Positions 8,253-20,604 are shown, numbered from the stretch's first letter. The stretch: 64,000 nucleotides of DNA from an uncultured Planctomycetaceae bacterium (GCA_963813715.1 CAWFAK010000017.1:32001-96000), one strand, 5' to 3'. Program-made: numbers and translations. Notes: a model not told the origin generated them from the sequence alone.

Positions 8253-10385
8253 TCACTTCCCGATGACGAGCAGGCTGTTGTTGTGCGGGCCGACTTGCAC
8301 CGGGTTTCCGGGGTCGACGCGGCCTTTCTTGCCGTCGACGAAGAACCGGTACTCATGGCGGCCGGTGGGCAGTTCGACCGACGCGGAGTAGAAGCCGTTC
8401 TTGTCGGGCCCCGACATCCGGGTCTGGTCTTTCTTCCAGCCGTTGAACGAACCGGCGAGGTACAGCGACTTCGGCGGCTTCGACGGACGGTAGCGAAAGA
8501 CGGCTTCGTAGCGGTCTTTGCCCTTCGGCGTCACTTGCGGAAGTCCCAGCGTAAAGTCCTGGTTGGCCGGGCAGTAGTAGAACGAGCCGACCATCATTTC
8601 GTCCCACGTCTGATCGCCCCAGTGGACGGAGCGCATCGGATCGGGGTTCGCGAGGTTGTCGGCCGAGTTGTCGAAGACGGCTTCGCAAAGCAAGTGTGAG
8701 CCAGCCGGCATCAGCTTGGGCTCGGCCAGCCAATACACGTTCTGCCAGTTGAAGTCGTAGTGCGGCACGTCCAACAGCACTTCCCGCTTGCCGCCGGGGT
8801 AAATGGCCGTGTAGCGGAACGCTTTGCCGCGAAAATGCATGTGAGGCAGCATGGCGTAGATCAACGTGTCTTCGTCAAAGTCGTCATCGGCGTCGAGGCG
8901 AAAGTCGTTGGCGCCCGGGGGAATCAGGAACTGGAAGTTGACGATGGCCCCCATCTTCAGCTCTTTGCGAATCTTGGTCGGGTCGTCGAAGACCAAGCCG
9001 ACTTCGCTCTGATCCCACTGTTCGCTGCCGTTGGGCGTGTAGTGCATTTGGAAGACCAGCTTCGAGCCGGCCGGGATGCGACGCGAAACACCGTCGGGCG
9101 GAACCATCGCCGGCGTGCCCGGAGCGAATGAGCCGATGGTGCGAAACAGCGGATCCTCGGGGCGCGGCTCTTTCTGCTCGGGCGGCACGAAGAACAGCAC
9201 CATGTGGTGCACGACCGACGCGTTGCCCGCGTGGCCTTCGCTTTCGCGAATCCAGACGTCGTGCTTAAAGCCGGGGTCGATGGTGAAGTACTGGTACTGC
9301 ACGATGCCTGTCGCACGCACTTTGAACGGCTTGGGCATCCGCACAACCAGGTCAGGCTTGGAAATCCGCCAGCCACTGGCAAACGCCGGCTTGGGCGACT
9401 CGTGAAGAGCGGCCGACGACGTGCCTTCGCGCGTGCCCTCGGGGGTTCCATTGTCGATCCAGGTGCAGAGCAACTGGCGTTCTTCGTCGGAAAGCCGGCA
9501 ATCGTTGGAGAACTTGCCGTACTGCGGATTGGCGAACCAGGGAGGCATCCGCCGGGCTTCGACCACTTCGCGAATGGTGTCGGCCCAGCCCGATGCGTCG
9601 GCATAGGTGTTGAGCGCGAATGGGGCGATCTCGCCCGCCTGGTGACAGCTCACGCAGCGCGACTGCAGGATCGGCGCGACCTGCTTCGCGTAGGTCACGT
9701 CGCCTTTGGGCTGGCGGTTCACGCGACCGATGCGACAGCCAACCGATTCGACCGCCGCGGTCTGCACGTTCCTGCCGTCCAGCACTGCGTCGAGCGCGTC
9801 TTCGAGCCAGCGATGGACCGGTTTGTTGCGGCCGTAGCCGATGCCGAACTGATCGTCGATTCGTCCCCAATACCGCACAACGTGCCCGCGATCGAGCAAA
9901 AAGATCTCCGGCGTGCGCCGCGCCGAATTCGTCGGCGACCTTGGTGCCCAGATCGCGCAGGATCGGGAACCCGACTTTATGCACTCTCTGAAAGTGTTCG
10001 AGCTCTGCCAGCGTGTCCTGCGGATTCGCGTCGATGCCGACAAACTGCACCCGCTTGTCGGCGTACTTTTGCGCCATCGCGTCGAGCTTCGGTGCGTACT
10101 GCCGCGCTAGCGGACACTCGGCGCACAAAAAGACGACGACGATCGCCTGCTTGTCTTTCCAATCGTCCAGCGATCGAGGCGCTCCCAGCACGTCGCGCAG
10201 GGCCAGATGCTCGATCCGCCGGCCGACGGGCGAGGTCTGCGTTGCCGACGCGCCGGAAGGGTCGAGGCCTTAAGCTCGGGCTTTCCCAGCGTCCGATTTT
10301 GCGGTGCGGGATTTTGGGGGGTGGGAAGTGGCGTGGCCGAGAGCAGCAGCGTCAACAGGAGCGATGAGGAAGCGCCTACCGTCAT
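8253..10385 (-). CDS. Redoxin + cytochrome c + copper type II (PHM-like) monooxygenase + CBM48/AMPK-GBD-like fusion (frameshifts ~10255 and ~9915)
   Basis: Signal peptide; FLCAECP; YWGRIDDQ; CVSCH...MPPW; VVHHM; MLPHMH; DEMM; LYLAGSFNGW...GRHEYRFFVDG...DPGNP. Confidence 0.8.
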
Positions 10386-10801
10386 CGACTGTCTCCCAGG
10401 GCGCACACCGACCCTCCTGGCCGTCGGCGTCCCGCTTAAGAAATCTCATCCGCGAGATGGGAGTGACCAAACCTTGTCGGCAAAAAAACTGCGGAAACTT
10501 GTTGAAATGAAACGGCCGCACGCGACAACGCGGCCTCCCGGTTCGTTTTCCGATGCTCGTCGGCAAAGGCGGCCCGGTCCGACGCCGGAACGTCGAACGG
10601 GGGTCGGTAATTTGTAAGGCCCGGTCGCAGAGCGTTGGCCCGCATTTGCGAAGATTTCAACTGCGACCGGGCCAGATCAGTAAACGGTGGCTCGCGGAGG
10701 TGGGCTGCTCGAGGCGAAGACGATTCGAGTGAACCGCGCCGCAAGTCCCCGTGATGGACGGATTTTCATCTCGAGAACGATCCGATACAGTTCAGTACGC
10801 G

Positions 10802-11886
10802 ATGAATACCCTTCCCCCGCCCCGTCCGGTTTCACGACCCCCGTTGAAATACGGCACACTCGCCCTTTCCTCGCGATATTTGCTGTCGCCGCTGGCCGGA
10901 TTCACAAATTTGTCATTTCGGCGGACGGTTCGGCGGATTGGCGGCGTCGGCCTGACGACCACGGACCTGGTAAACGCCCGGGGCCTGTTGGGGGGCAGCC
11001 CCAAAACTCTCTCGATGATCGAGACGTGTTCCGAGGAATTCCCGTTTGCCGTGCAAATTTTCGGCAGCGAGCCCCCGATCCTCCGGGAGGCGGCCCAATT
11101 CCTGGAAGCTCGCGGCGTGCACTCGGTCGATATCAACATGGGTTGCCCGGTCGAACGGATCACCAAGAACGGCTCGGGGGCCAGCCTGATGTGCCGACCG
11201 GCCGATACGATCGACCTGGTGCGGCACGTCGTCGAAGGGGTGAACATTCCGGTCACGGTGAAGATGCGGCTCGGCTGGGACAGTTCGCAGATCACGGCCC
11301 CCAAGTTTGCGGCCGAATTCGAGCAAGTGGGCGTGGCCGCCATCGCCATCCACGGCCGCACGCGAGCACAGGGCTTTAGCGGCCAGGTGGACCGCGACGG
11401 CATCCGTCGCGTGGTCGAGGCCGTGTCGCGAATTCCGATCGTCGGCAATGGGGATATTCGCACCATTGCCGACGCGGCCCGCATGTTCGAGGAGACGGGT
11501 TGTGCGGCCATTTCGATCGGCCGCGGGGCGCTGGCCAATCCGTGGATCTTCCGGCAGCTCGTCCAATGGGAAGAGACCGGCCGCTACGATCCGCCCGGCA
11601 ACTTCGAGGAGCGGCTCGAACTGCTCCAGCAGCAGTTCGACTACCTGGCCGAGCTTCGCGGCACGCGATCGGCGATTTCGATGTTTCGCAAAACGGCCCA
11701 CTGGTACTTGAAGGCGATGCGGGTGCCGCGCGGCTCCGCGCCCGCTTTCAAACGGCCGCCGACGCGGCCGAGATCGAGGCCGCCCTGGCGGCCATTCAGG
11801 ACCATGGACCGATCGGCGGCGATCGCACCGGCGTGCTGCCCGATCTGCAGGTTCCTGTCCCCTCGGGCCCGGTCGAACGCTGGTGA
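10802..11886 (+). CDS. dusB: tRNA dihydrouridine synthase DusB family (frameshift ~11735)
   Basis: LSPLAG, AVQIFG, DINMGCP, VTVKMRLGWD, IHGRTR, GNGDI, IGRGALANPWIF. Confidence 0.88.
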
Positions 11887-11996
11887 GCAGTTCTTCCGGG
11901 CGATTGGCGCCGCTGGATTTTCGGTGGAGCTGAGCCTAACCTTACAACCTGTTCATTCCAGTCTGCAGTCGTTCGACACACATCGGGAGCCAGGGC

Positions 11997-13381
11997 ATGC
12001 GGAGTCGTTGGATCGCGACGATTCGAATTCTCGGAGTCGCAACGGGTGCGTGGGGGCTCTTGGTTTCGTCTTTGATTGCCGCCGATAATTGGCCGCAGTT
12101 CCGCGGTCCGGGGGCGCGCGGAATCAGCGACGAGCGCGATCTGCCCGAGGTCTGGAGCAAGAGCGAGAATGTGGCGTGGGTGACCAAGATCGCCGGCCGT
12201 GGCTGGTCTTCCCCCATCGTGTGGGGCGACAAGGTGTTCATCACCTCGGCCATCCAGGTGGACGGCAAGGCCGAGAAGGTGAAGACGGGGCTCTACTTCG
12301 GCGGCGATCGGAAAACCCCGAAAGTCCCGTACCGCTACATCGTCGTCTGCCTCGATTTCAACACGGGCAAGGTTCTCTGGGAAAAGACGGCCTTCGAAGG
12401 CGTTCCCAAGTTCGGACATCACCTCAAGAACTCGATGGCGTCCGAAACGCCGGTCACCGACGGCGAGCGCATTTACGCGTATTTCGGCAACGTGGGCCTG
12501 TTTGCCTACGACCTCGACGGCAACCAGAAATGGACCCGCGAGCTCGGCTCGTATCCGATGGCGCTCAACTGGGGGACCGCGTCTTCGCCGGCACTCAGCG
12601 ACGGGCGGCTTTACGTGATCGACGACAACGAGAAACACTCGTTTCTCTCGGCGATCGATGCCGTCACCGGGCAAGGAGCTGTGGCGGAAGGATCGCGACG
12701 AGAAATCGAATTGGGCAACCCCCTACGTGTGGAAGAACGAAAAACGAACCGAGATCGTCACCTGCGGCGTGAAGCGCGTTCGCTCGTACGACACGGACGG
12801 CAACTTGCTGTGGGAGCTGTCGGGGATGTCGTCGATCGTCATCCCCACGCCCTTCGCGGCCGATGGGTTGCTGTACGTGACCTCGGGGTACGTCCTCTCG
12901 CCGAAGAAGCCGCTGTTTGCGATCAAGCCGGGGGCATCGGGCGACATTTCGCTCAACGCGGACAAGAAAGAGACGTCCAACGCGCACATCGCCTGGTCCA
13001 ATCCCAAGGCCGGTCCGTACAACGTCTCGCCCGTGCTGTATAAGGACGTGATTTACGTCCTGTACGACCGGGGGTTTCTGGCGGCGTTCAATGCGCGGAC
13101 AGGGGAGCCGCTTTACGAGCCGCCGCTTGCGCAGTCTAGGGGCGAGCGAGCACTACACCGCCTCGCCCTGGGCTTACAACGACAAGATCTTCTGCCTGAG
13201 CGAGGAGGGGCAGACCGCCGTTGTGCAGACCGGGGGCACCAAGCCAAAGATTCTCCGCAAGAACGATCTCGACGAGCTCTGCATGGCGACGCCCGCGATC
13301 GTCCGTGGCAGCCTGCTGATCCGCACCGAGTCGCAACTTTATCGCATCACCGCGAAAAACCGCGTGGCGCTTGCGCCATGA
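11997..13381 (+). CDS. PQQ-binding-like beta-propeller (BamB-like) protein (frameshifts ~12670, ~13125)
   Basis: Signal peptide then NWPQFRGP, GWSSPIVWGDKVF, ASETPVTDG, repeated G..LW blades, MATPAI..G.LLIRT...LYRI. Confidence 0.85.
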
Positions 13382-13478
13382 CGGGCGATCGCACGCCGCT
13401 CGGGGCAACCTTGAGTCGTCGCGGGCCGGCGTTTAGTATGCTTGGGACCTTTGCTCGCGCGTGAAGGACGTCGTCTCT

Positions 13479-14069
13479 ATGTCCCATCCCACTTACCGGG
13501 CGATCCTACTCTTCGGCGCACCGGGTGTCGGAAAAGGGACGCAGGGGCAGCGCATCGGACAATTGCCCCACTTTCGCCACGTGTCGATGGGTGAAGTCTT
13601 TCGTTCGGTCGATGGTGATTCGCCGCTCGGGAAGGAGGTCCGTTCCTACACCGAGCGCGGCGTGCTTGTCCCCGACGAGCTGACAATCCGCATTTTTCAA
13701 CATTCAGTCGCCCGGCTCGTAGCCTTGAAGCAGTTCGACCCGGCTTGCGACACCCTGGCCCTCGACGGCATTCCCCGCAACGTCAACCAGGCCCAGAACC
13801 TTAACGGAGCGCTCGACGTCGCCCGCATCATCTACCTGGTCAGCTCGGACGAGCGGGTGATGATTGACCGCATGAAGCGCCGGGCCGAAGTCGAGGGCCG
13901 CAAGGACGATGCGGACGACAAGGTCATTCGCCGCCGCCTCGAAGTTTATCGGCAGGAGACGAAACCCGTGCTGGACTTCTACCCGCGCGAGTTGATTGCC
14001 CAAATCGACGCGCTGGGGACTCCGGACGAAGTGACGGCGGCTATCAAGAAGGAGCTGGCTCGTTCATGA
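13479..14069 (+). CDS. adk: Adenylate kinase, short-LID type
   Basis: GAPGVGKGTQ P-loop, GVLVPDE, LDGIPRN, GRKDD, RLEVYRQETKPVLDFY. Confidence 0.88.
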   Translation: MSHPTYRAILLFGAPGVGKGTQGQRIGQLPHFRHVSMGEVFRSVDGDSPLGKEVRSYTERGVLVPDELTIRIFQHSVARLVALKQFDPACDTLALDGIPRNVNQAQNLNGALDVARIIYLVSSDERVMIDRMKRRAEVEGRKDDADDKVIRRRLEVYRQETKPVLDFYPRELIAQIDALGTPDEVTAAIKKELARS

Positions 14070-14444
14070 TCCGCAAAAGTCTGCGCGCTGTTCGAACGGA
14101 GGATGTTCTCTCGATCTCGGAATGCGGCAGTGACTTTGGGGGCGGAATTGGGCAGAACGGGCGGGCGGCGGCGCCGCGGTAACCGCGGAATTCCGGGAGC
14201 GGCCGGCTCCGGCTTCTCCCCCTTCCGGGCGATCGCTAGAATGCGACGTTTGCCGTTCGATCAACGCCACGCGATCAGAAAGCGAGTGACTCTGTGTCGA
14301 AGACCCAGCGCAAACTGAAGAAGGCCAATCATGGCAAGCGGCCGGCCAGTGCCAAGGCCCGGCGGCTGAAGCGCCGGCAGATACGCACCTAAGCTCGCGC
14401 AGTCGTCGAGCCGCGTCAGACTTCGTCTGGAACGTCCCGCAGGC

Positions 14445-15774
14445 TTAATCTTCGCCCGGAATGCTGTCCGGGCCGCGGGATCTGCGGAAGCGGAACCCGC
14501 CGCCACCTCGGCCGTCCCGATCGCCGCGCGCTTCGCGTTCGCCTTCGGCACCGTCGAGAGCGCCGCACCGCGCCAGGCCCGCCAAACGGGGGACGTCCGC
14601 CGGGAAAGCCGCCCGGTCCCCCGCCCGGCATGTCACCCAGGTCCATCATGTCCATGCCGCTCGAGAGGTCGTCGGCTCGGACCATCGAACGCAGATCTTT
14701 GCCGATGTTGAGCTGGTAGACGTCGTTGCCGCGCTTGATGTGGATGTATTTGGGTTCGACGGCCACGACCGTTCCCTGAATGTCGCCGATGGAGATTTCA
14801 GTCCCCTTGCGGACGACGGTCTGCGCTTTGGTCTGGGCGTTATAAAGGCAGGCACTCTGGTCGTCAGGCTCGGCGACGGAGGCCATAAGCCGCGTCTGGC
14901 GGGCCGGATCGTTCGGATCAATCGTGCGAGTGACCGCCCCCGGCTTGACGAACGGATTGGCGACGAGCGCTTTGCGCACGTCTTCGAGCTTGATGTCTTT
15001 GCGTTCGGGCCGAACTGGATAGATCTCGACCTCCGATTTCGGGGGGTGCGACGCTTTTGTGGTTCCCTCGAGAGCACGCTTGACGGTCCATTTGTCGCCG
15101 TCGACTTTCGTGACGAGCACCAGCTCCTTCTCGATGCGAAGGCCGAACCCGGGTTCCGTGGGAAAGCCTTCGGTGGAGACGACCTTGGCCGTGTCGAAGC
15201 TCCGGGGAAGCGATTCGGCCAGCGTGGTGCGGGCCAAAAGCCGCGTCTTCGGGGCGCTGTCGTCAAACAGCAAGCCCTCGGCAACCATCGTGACCTTGAG
15301 CGGACCGGATGTCTTGGGCCCCTCCACCTTGATGCTGGCGATGCGATGCAAGAGCGCGATCCGCTGGAACTCGTGGAGGAACGTGGTCAATTGTTCGAAC
15401 GTCCCCTCCCCGGTCACCTTGACGCTGATGCTCTTCCAGCCGGGACCGTTCGCCTGCCGCTGCTCGGGAGTGACGTGCAGTTGCGTGATTCCGGAAGTCT
15501 GGCCGAGATCAGTGAGCCATTGTTGATAAAGGCGCAGTGCCTCGAGGGGCTCGTTGGGCAGGCTGCGGTCGCGCCAGTCGCCCATTTTCTTCATCGTGTT
15601 GAGCAGGTTCTGCTCTTTGGCGGAGACGTTCGCCTGAGTTTCTTTAACGAGCGCGAGCTTGTCTTTGCGTTCGTCGAGTCGACCAAGAAAGATCCGGTGG
15701 ACAATCCCCGACCCGTACCAGGCGAGCACGGCGCTGATCAACAGGAGCGCCAGGATTTTTTCGCGACGTTGCAT
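14445..15774 (-). CDS. GspM/PilO-like protein fused to inserted beta domain and GspC/PilP-like domain (frameshift ~14570)
   Basis: REKILALL TM, coiled coil, ISVKVTGEGTFEQLTTFLHEF..LLHRI; C-terminal RLMASV..ACLY..TVVRKG..GTVVAVEPKYIHIK; Gly/Arg tail ending PGED at 14445. Confidence 0.65.
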
Positions 15775-15816
15775 TGGATTGAATTCTTTGGGCCGGTGGC
15801 CTCTTGAGTATTGCGG

Positions 15817-17638
15817 TTAGCCCTTGCTCGTCGGCGGTTCGGGCATTGGCGACGGACCGTTCGTGCCGGTGTCCATTGCGGGCTGTCCCTCGACTTCGGG
15901 CATCGGCATGGGATTGTCCGACTGTTGCCCGTTTGCCGGTTGGACGGCGGTCGGCGTCTGGACCGGCTCGTTGACGGCTTGTTGCGGCGCAGCGGCAGCC
16001 GCAGGCGCCGGGTTCGGCGCGGCCGGCGCCGGCGTGTTGCGAAGCGGTCGACGCCGGCGGCGGAGTCGACGTAGCGGGTGCGGACGCCGGCGCGCTCGAC
16101 GAGTTGCTCGGTGTGGCGGGAGGATGTGCTCCAGGTCGCGTGATGCCGGGGCCGGCTTTCGGCTCGGCCGCTCCCGCCGACTTGGGCACGATGTCGAGAT
16201 TCAGGTCAATTTTCACCGGATAGAGCCGATCGCTCGTGTCTTCGGAGATTTCCTTCGGCGTGACGCGAAAACCTTGGTCGTGCAGGTGGTCCTCGAAGTC
16301 GTCGACCTCGTTGGGCAGCTTCGCCCGGCCGGCGGCCACGATCGTCGCCAGCCTGTCGCGCGTGCCCACGTTCGCATCGAACATGGTGAGGTACAGCTTG
16401 TCGGCACCGCCCTTGGCTTGCTCGATCACGCGGAACTGCTCGAGCCAGTCGATATCACGCTGCGTCCAATCGTCGACCGAGCCGGCCGTCTCGAGCAGCG
16501 GGGCATTTTTCTTGAGCAGATCCTGGGCTTGCTTGTTGCTGGCGTCGATCTTGGCGATGTCGTCGTCCAACTGCCAGACCTTGCGTTGAATGGCCCCCCA
16601 GATGCCGATCAAGAGCAGCACTGCGGCCGCCGCCCCCAAGATCATGTAGAGCTTGCGGCGATCGGGCTTCGGGTGTTGGCGGCGCGGATGCAGAAAGTCG
16701 ACCGCGTCGATTTGCTGACTCGAGTGTTCCAGCAACAGGCCCAAAGCCGGCCAGGCCAGCGGAGCATCGAGCAGGGCAGAACCGGCTTCGTTCGTCACGC
16801 CCGGAGTCGAGGCGGGATCGGTCAGCACGTGGAATTTGAACTCGAACCGCTCGGAGAGCTTTTCGGCGAGCGGCGAGCGATCAGCGCGAGCGCCGATCAG
16901 CCAGCCGGACCCGATCTGCACGCCGGGCGCCGCCTGCGACAAAGCGACGGTCGCGCGGGCCGTCTCAGCCAGGATCTGTGCGAGCTGATCTTCGGGAGTG
17001 TCGTGAGCGGAGAGCGTGGCGGAGTGCATCAGCACGATGCGGCTCTGCCAGATGGCCGTCACCTCGACCCGCTGATCGACGCAGGTGACGACAACAATCG
17101 CGGGGTCCGCGGCCGCGCCCGACGCCCCCGTCTGGTGTGCAATGAGCTCGGCTGCACCGAGCGAGCTGAGTCCGATCGCCTCGGCCTGCAGTCCGGCGGC
17201 CGATAACAGCGTCTGCACGCGGTCGGCGAACGGTTTGCCGATCGTCGCCATCCAGACGCGACGTCCCGGCGCCTCTTCTAGCGCGGGCAACGGCAGGTAG
17301 TCGAGCAGGAGTTTTTCGAGCGGCACGGCCGAACGCGTGACGGCCTGGAAGCGGACCAGCTCGGGCAGCTCTTCGTCGCTGCATTCGGGCAGCTCGAGCA
17401 GCCGCACGATTGCCTCCTCGCGCGGCAGCGAAACGATCACCGGTCCGTTCGACGCGGAGACCAGATCAAGCTCCGCCCGCAGCCGCTTGCCGGCTGCTCC
17501 CGGCTGCTCCGAAGGAATCTCCCCTTCGGCCCATTTGAAGTCCAGGACCGCGCGAACCTGGACGTTTTTCGACGCCACGTGCGCCGCCACGCCCACCAGC
17601 CGCTGGTCGTCCCAATCGAGTGCAAGATAGTCGGCCAT
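15817..17638 (-). CDS. PilM/PilN (GspL-like) fusion inner-membrane platform protein (frameshift ~16045)
   Basis: YLALDWD, SLPREEAIVRLLELP..EELPELVRFQA, LLDYLP, PALGLL..VDFLHPR, TM, periplasmic domain, Pro/Ala tail ending TSKG at 15817. Confidence 0.75.
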
Positions 17639-17796
17639 CGATCTCTCGAAGTTAGTCCAAAGTCCGCCGTTCAGAACTCAAAGTCGACCGCACGAAACAG
17701 GCGCGTGTCACGCCTGATTGGGCGACCTTGGTGTTTGTGACGGATTCCTTAAGCCTAGGTCCATTTTACGGCTCGCCCGACCCCCCTGCCGGGCGG

Positions 17797-19530
17797 TCAA
17801 GGCACTCCTAACTGTTGTCGCGTAAATCCGCGGCCGAGTTCGCTCAGGTCGCGGATGTTGAGGATTCGCGCGGGCTGAACGGCCGCATCGATCACCGCTT
17901 CAAGCCGCACAACCGGCCCTCCGTCGTCAAAGTAGCCGACCGACTGGGCGCGGTAGACGTCGCCGCGGGCGGTCAGGTAGGGGTCGAGCCCCTGCATCGT
18001 GTTGGCGGAGCAGAACCCTTCCATCACCAGCCACGCATTGGTGGCCCGCGGGCTCTGCGAGCTGGCCGCCTGCGACGTGCTGCCGGCCGTTTGGGCGGCG
18101 CTGATCTGAGTGGCCAGTTGCACCGTCATATTCGGCAGGCCAAGCAGGACCTGGATCGGGGCGGTGTTGACGTTGATTCTGCCCTGGATGAACAGGTCGT
18201 CCGTGAGCGTCAGCTGATCGAGCAGTTGCGGGAGATACGTCACGATCTGGCTCTGTGAGGAGGAGAACGGACTGGTGAGCGTTGTCGCCCGGCCGTTGAC
18301 AGTTGCGCGGACCGTGCCGCCGATCACCTGGTAGACCGAGGTGAAGGTGTGGCTGCCGGTTGCTGGCGGCATGGGGATCTGTAGCCCGTCGCGCAGGGCG
18401 GTCTGACCGCTGTTCCGATTGCCGCGGCTGGGCGCGTTGCCCGAGCTGCCATTGGTCTGCCCGCTCGAGCCGCCGCCGGATCCGCCCCCCGAACTGCTGC
18501 TTGACGAAGAGCCCTTCGACGAACTGCTCCCTGAGGAACCACTCGAACCGCCCCCGGAGCCACCGCCGGAACCGCCGCGACCGCCGCCCCCGCCTCCGCC
18601 CCCGCTGCTGGTCGTGGCTGCGGCGCCGTTCATCCGCCAGGCCACGATGTACTGGGCCTGCTTCACGCCGAGCAAGCCGGCCAACTGGTCATAGAGCCCC
18701 GGCAGGTCCTGCTGATTGATATTGATCCGCGAAGAGCCATCCTGCTGAATGTTCCGCTCGGCACTGTAGACCGTAAAGTAGGCTGACCAACCGCGGTCGA
18801 AATACCCGTCGCCGTTGACGTCCTCGCCGGGATCCATGACGCCGTTGCGATTGAGGTCTTCACCATAGAGCAGAGCCGGCGTGACCCCTTTGACCAGCAG
18901 CAAGTCGTCGAGGCTTTGGAGCGGTCCGTTGGCGGCGCGGTACGGAGGCGAGAGGGTCGAATAGTAGTCGCTCTCGACGCCGTATTGGCGGGCCGTGTCA
19001 TCCGGATCGATGAAATCCAGGATGGCGTCGGCCAGGTCGTTGGTCATGTAGGGCAGGTTCAGGAGAAAGTTGCGGGCCGTGGTGTCGTTGATGTTCAGGG
19101 CCGAGTTCTGCTGCCACAAAGCCAGCGAGTTGAGATTCAGCTTGCCCGACTCGTCCGTCAGCCCGTAGCGCACGCCCTTGGCGGCAGGGTCACTGGAGTC
19201 GCCCGCGATGACGCTGAAGCGGCCGCGGCCGCGGGGAACGTCTGACTGCTTGACCACAACGGCCTCAAGCGCGTCGGGCCGGTTCATCACGAACTCAGGC
19301 TGCAGCCGCTCGGTCGGGTCGCTCAAGATGGTGACGGCCATGTCGATGCCCGACTCGGCGAAGGCGCGGGCCTGGGCCGAGCGACCGAAGCGGTTCGTGG
19401 CCTCGTTTTCGGCGACACACATCTCCACGAGCGTGTAGGCCGCCAGCGCCAACAGCACAATGATGACGAGGACGATCAGCAGGACGGTGGCCCGTCGAGA
19501 CGTAAACGGTTTGGAGATAGCTCGCTTCAT
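17797..19530 (-). CDS. gspK: Type II secretion minor pseudopilin GspK-like
   Basis: RRATVLLIVLVIIVLLAL, DESGKLNLN, ADAILDFID.D, LDDLLLVKGVTP, RININ, INVNTAP. Confidence 0.85.
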   Translation of the reverse strand: MKRAISKPFTSRRATVLLIVLVIIVLLALAAYTLVEMCVAENEATNRFGRSAQARAFAESGIDMAVTILSDPTERLQPEFVMNRPDALEAVVVKQSDVPRGRGRFSVIAGDSSDPAAKGVRYGLTDESGKLNLNSLALWQQNSALNINDTTARNFLLNLPYMTNDLADAILDFIDPDDTARQYGVESDYYSTLSPPYRAANGPLQSLDDLLLVKGVTPALLYGEDLNRNGVMDPGEDVNGDGYFDRGWSAYFTVYSAERNIQQDGSSRININQQDLPGLYDQLAGLLGVKQAQYIVAWRMNGAAATTSSGGGGGGGGRGGSGGGSGGGSSGSSGSSSSKGSSSSSSSGGGSGGGSSGQTNGSSGNAPSRGNRNSGQTALRDGLQIPMPPATGSHTFTSVYQVIGGTVRATVNGRATTLTSPFSSSQSQIVTYLPQLLDQLTLTDDLFIQGRINVNTAPIQVLLGLPNMTVQLATQISAAQTAGSTSQAASSQSPRATNAWLVMEGFCSANTMQGLDPYLTARGDVYRAQSVGYFDDGGPVVRLEAVIDAAVQPARILNIRDLSELGRGFTRQQLGVP

Positions 19531-19550
19531 AGGGATCTTCACCGTTCGGG

Positions 19551-20604
19551 TCACTGGGACATGTTGGTAACGGTGCTGTTGATCGTTTGCTGCGAGATCG
19601 GTTGGGGCGCCGCCGAGCTTGTGATCGCAACGACGTGTCGATAGCTGCGGGACGCCTGGTCCTGGCTGGCCTGCGTCCGGGCGTTGTACGGATCGTTTTT
19701 CCCGACGCTGATTGTGATTTCGACCGCTTGTGGCAGGCTCTGCAAGGTCGCGCCGCTCCAACTCGTCTGCCAGGTGGTGCCGTCAAAGTAGCGAAAGCCG
19801 ATCGACTCGATCTCCGGTGCGACGACGCGGCGCGCACAGTGACGACGTCGACCCAGTTTCAATCGCGTAGCCGATCGCGGTCCGCTCGCCTTCCACACGC
19901 GCCAGTCCCGCGGTGATCTCTTTGCCATCGGGCGTCATCTGTCCGGAACCGCCGGCCGCCAAAATGGGAGACTGGGGGCCGCCCAACACAAAGTACGCGA
20001 CCACCTTCATGTCGCCGTGCACGCCCGCGATTTGCGAGGGACCGGCGCTTGAGGTCTGCGAAGCCGACTGTGCTCCCGTCTGTTGCTGGGCGGCCAGCGG
20101 GAGGGGATGCGGCGTCAGCGTGTTGAGGACCAGCGAATTAGCATCGCCATAGAGCCCGAACACGCTTCGCGAGTAGACGTATTGAAGCGGATCGGTGCCC
20201 TGAGCGCTTTGCGTGCTGGACGAACTGGAGCTCGAGCTGGAACTACTGCCGGAGCTGGAACCGCTCTTAGAGCCGGAGCTGCTGCTGCCAGAACTGCTGC
20301 TGCCAGAACTGGAGCCCGCGGTCGTTGTGGCGGTGGCGGCGATCGGCTGCGGGGGGACAACGTCGCGGAGATCGACTTCGAGCTTGGCAAAGACGGCCCG
20401 CACGAGCCGCGTTTCGCTCATATCGTCCGTGGCGGCCGTCGTCATCCGGCGGTACAAGTCGATCGCGGAGGCGATGCAAAGAATCAAAAGAGTGCTCAGC
20501 CCGACTGCCAGGATCACTTCGATCAACGTAAAGGCCGCGCGGCTGCGCCGACGGCCGGCGGGCCTGCGCACTTTACGCATTGATTGGAGGGTCAGCTGCT
20601 TCAC
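19551..20604 (-). CDS. gspJ: Minor pseudopilin GspJ-like (frameshift ~19835)
   Basis: Prepilin motif A|FTLIEVILAV; LEVDLR; VAPEIESIGFRYFDG..W...W...LPQAVEITI. Confidence 0.75.

Noticed and set aside
17645..17690. AGTCCAAAGTC/CAAAGTC heptamer traces between gspK and the PilM-like gene
   Set aside because: Too short and degenerate to distinguish from chance.
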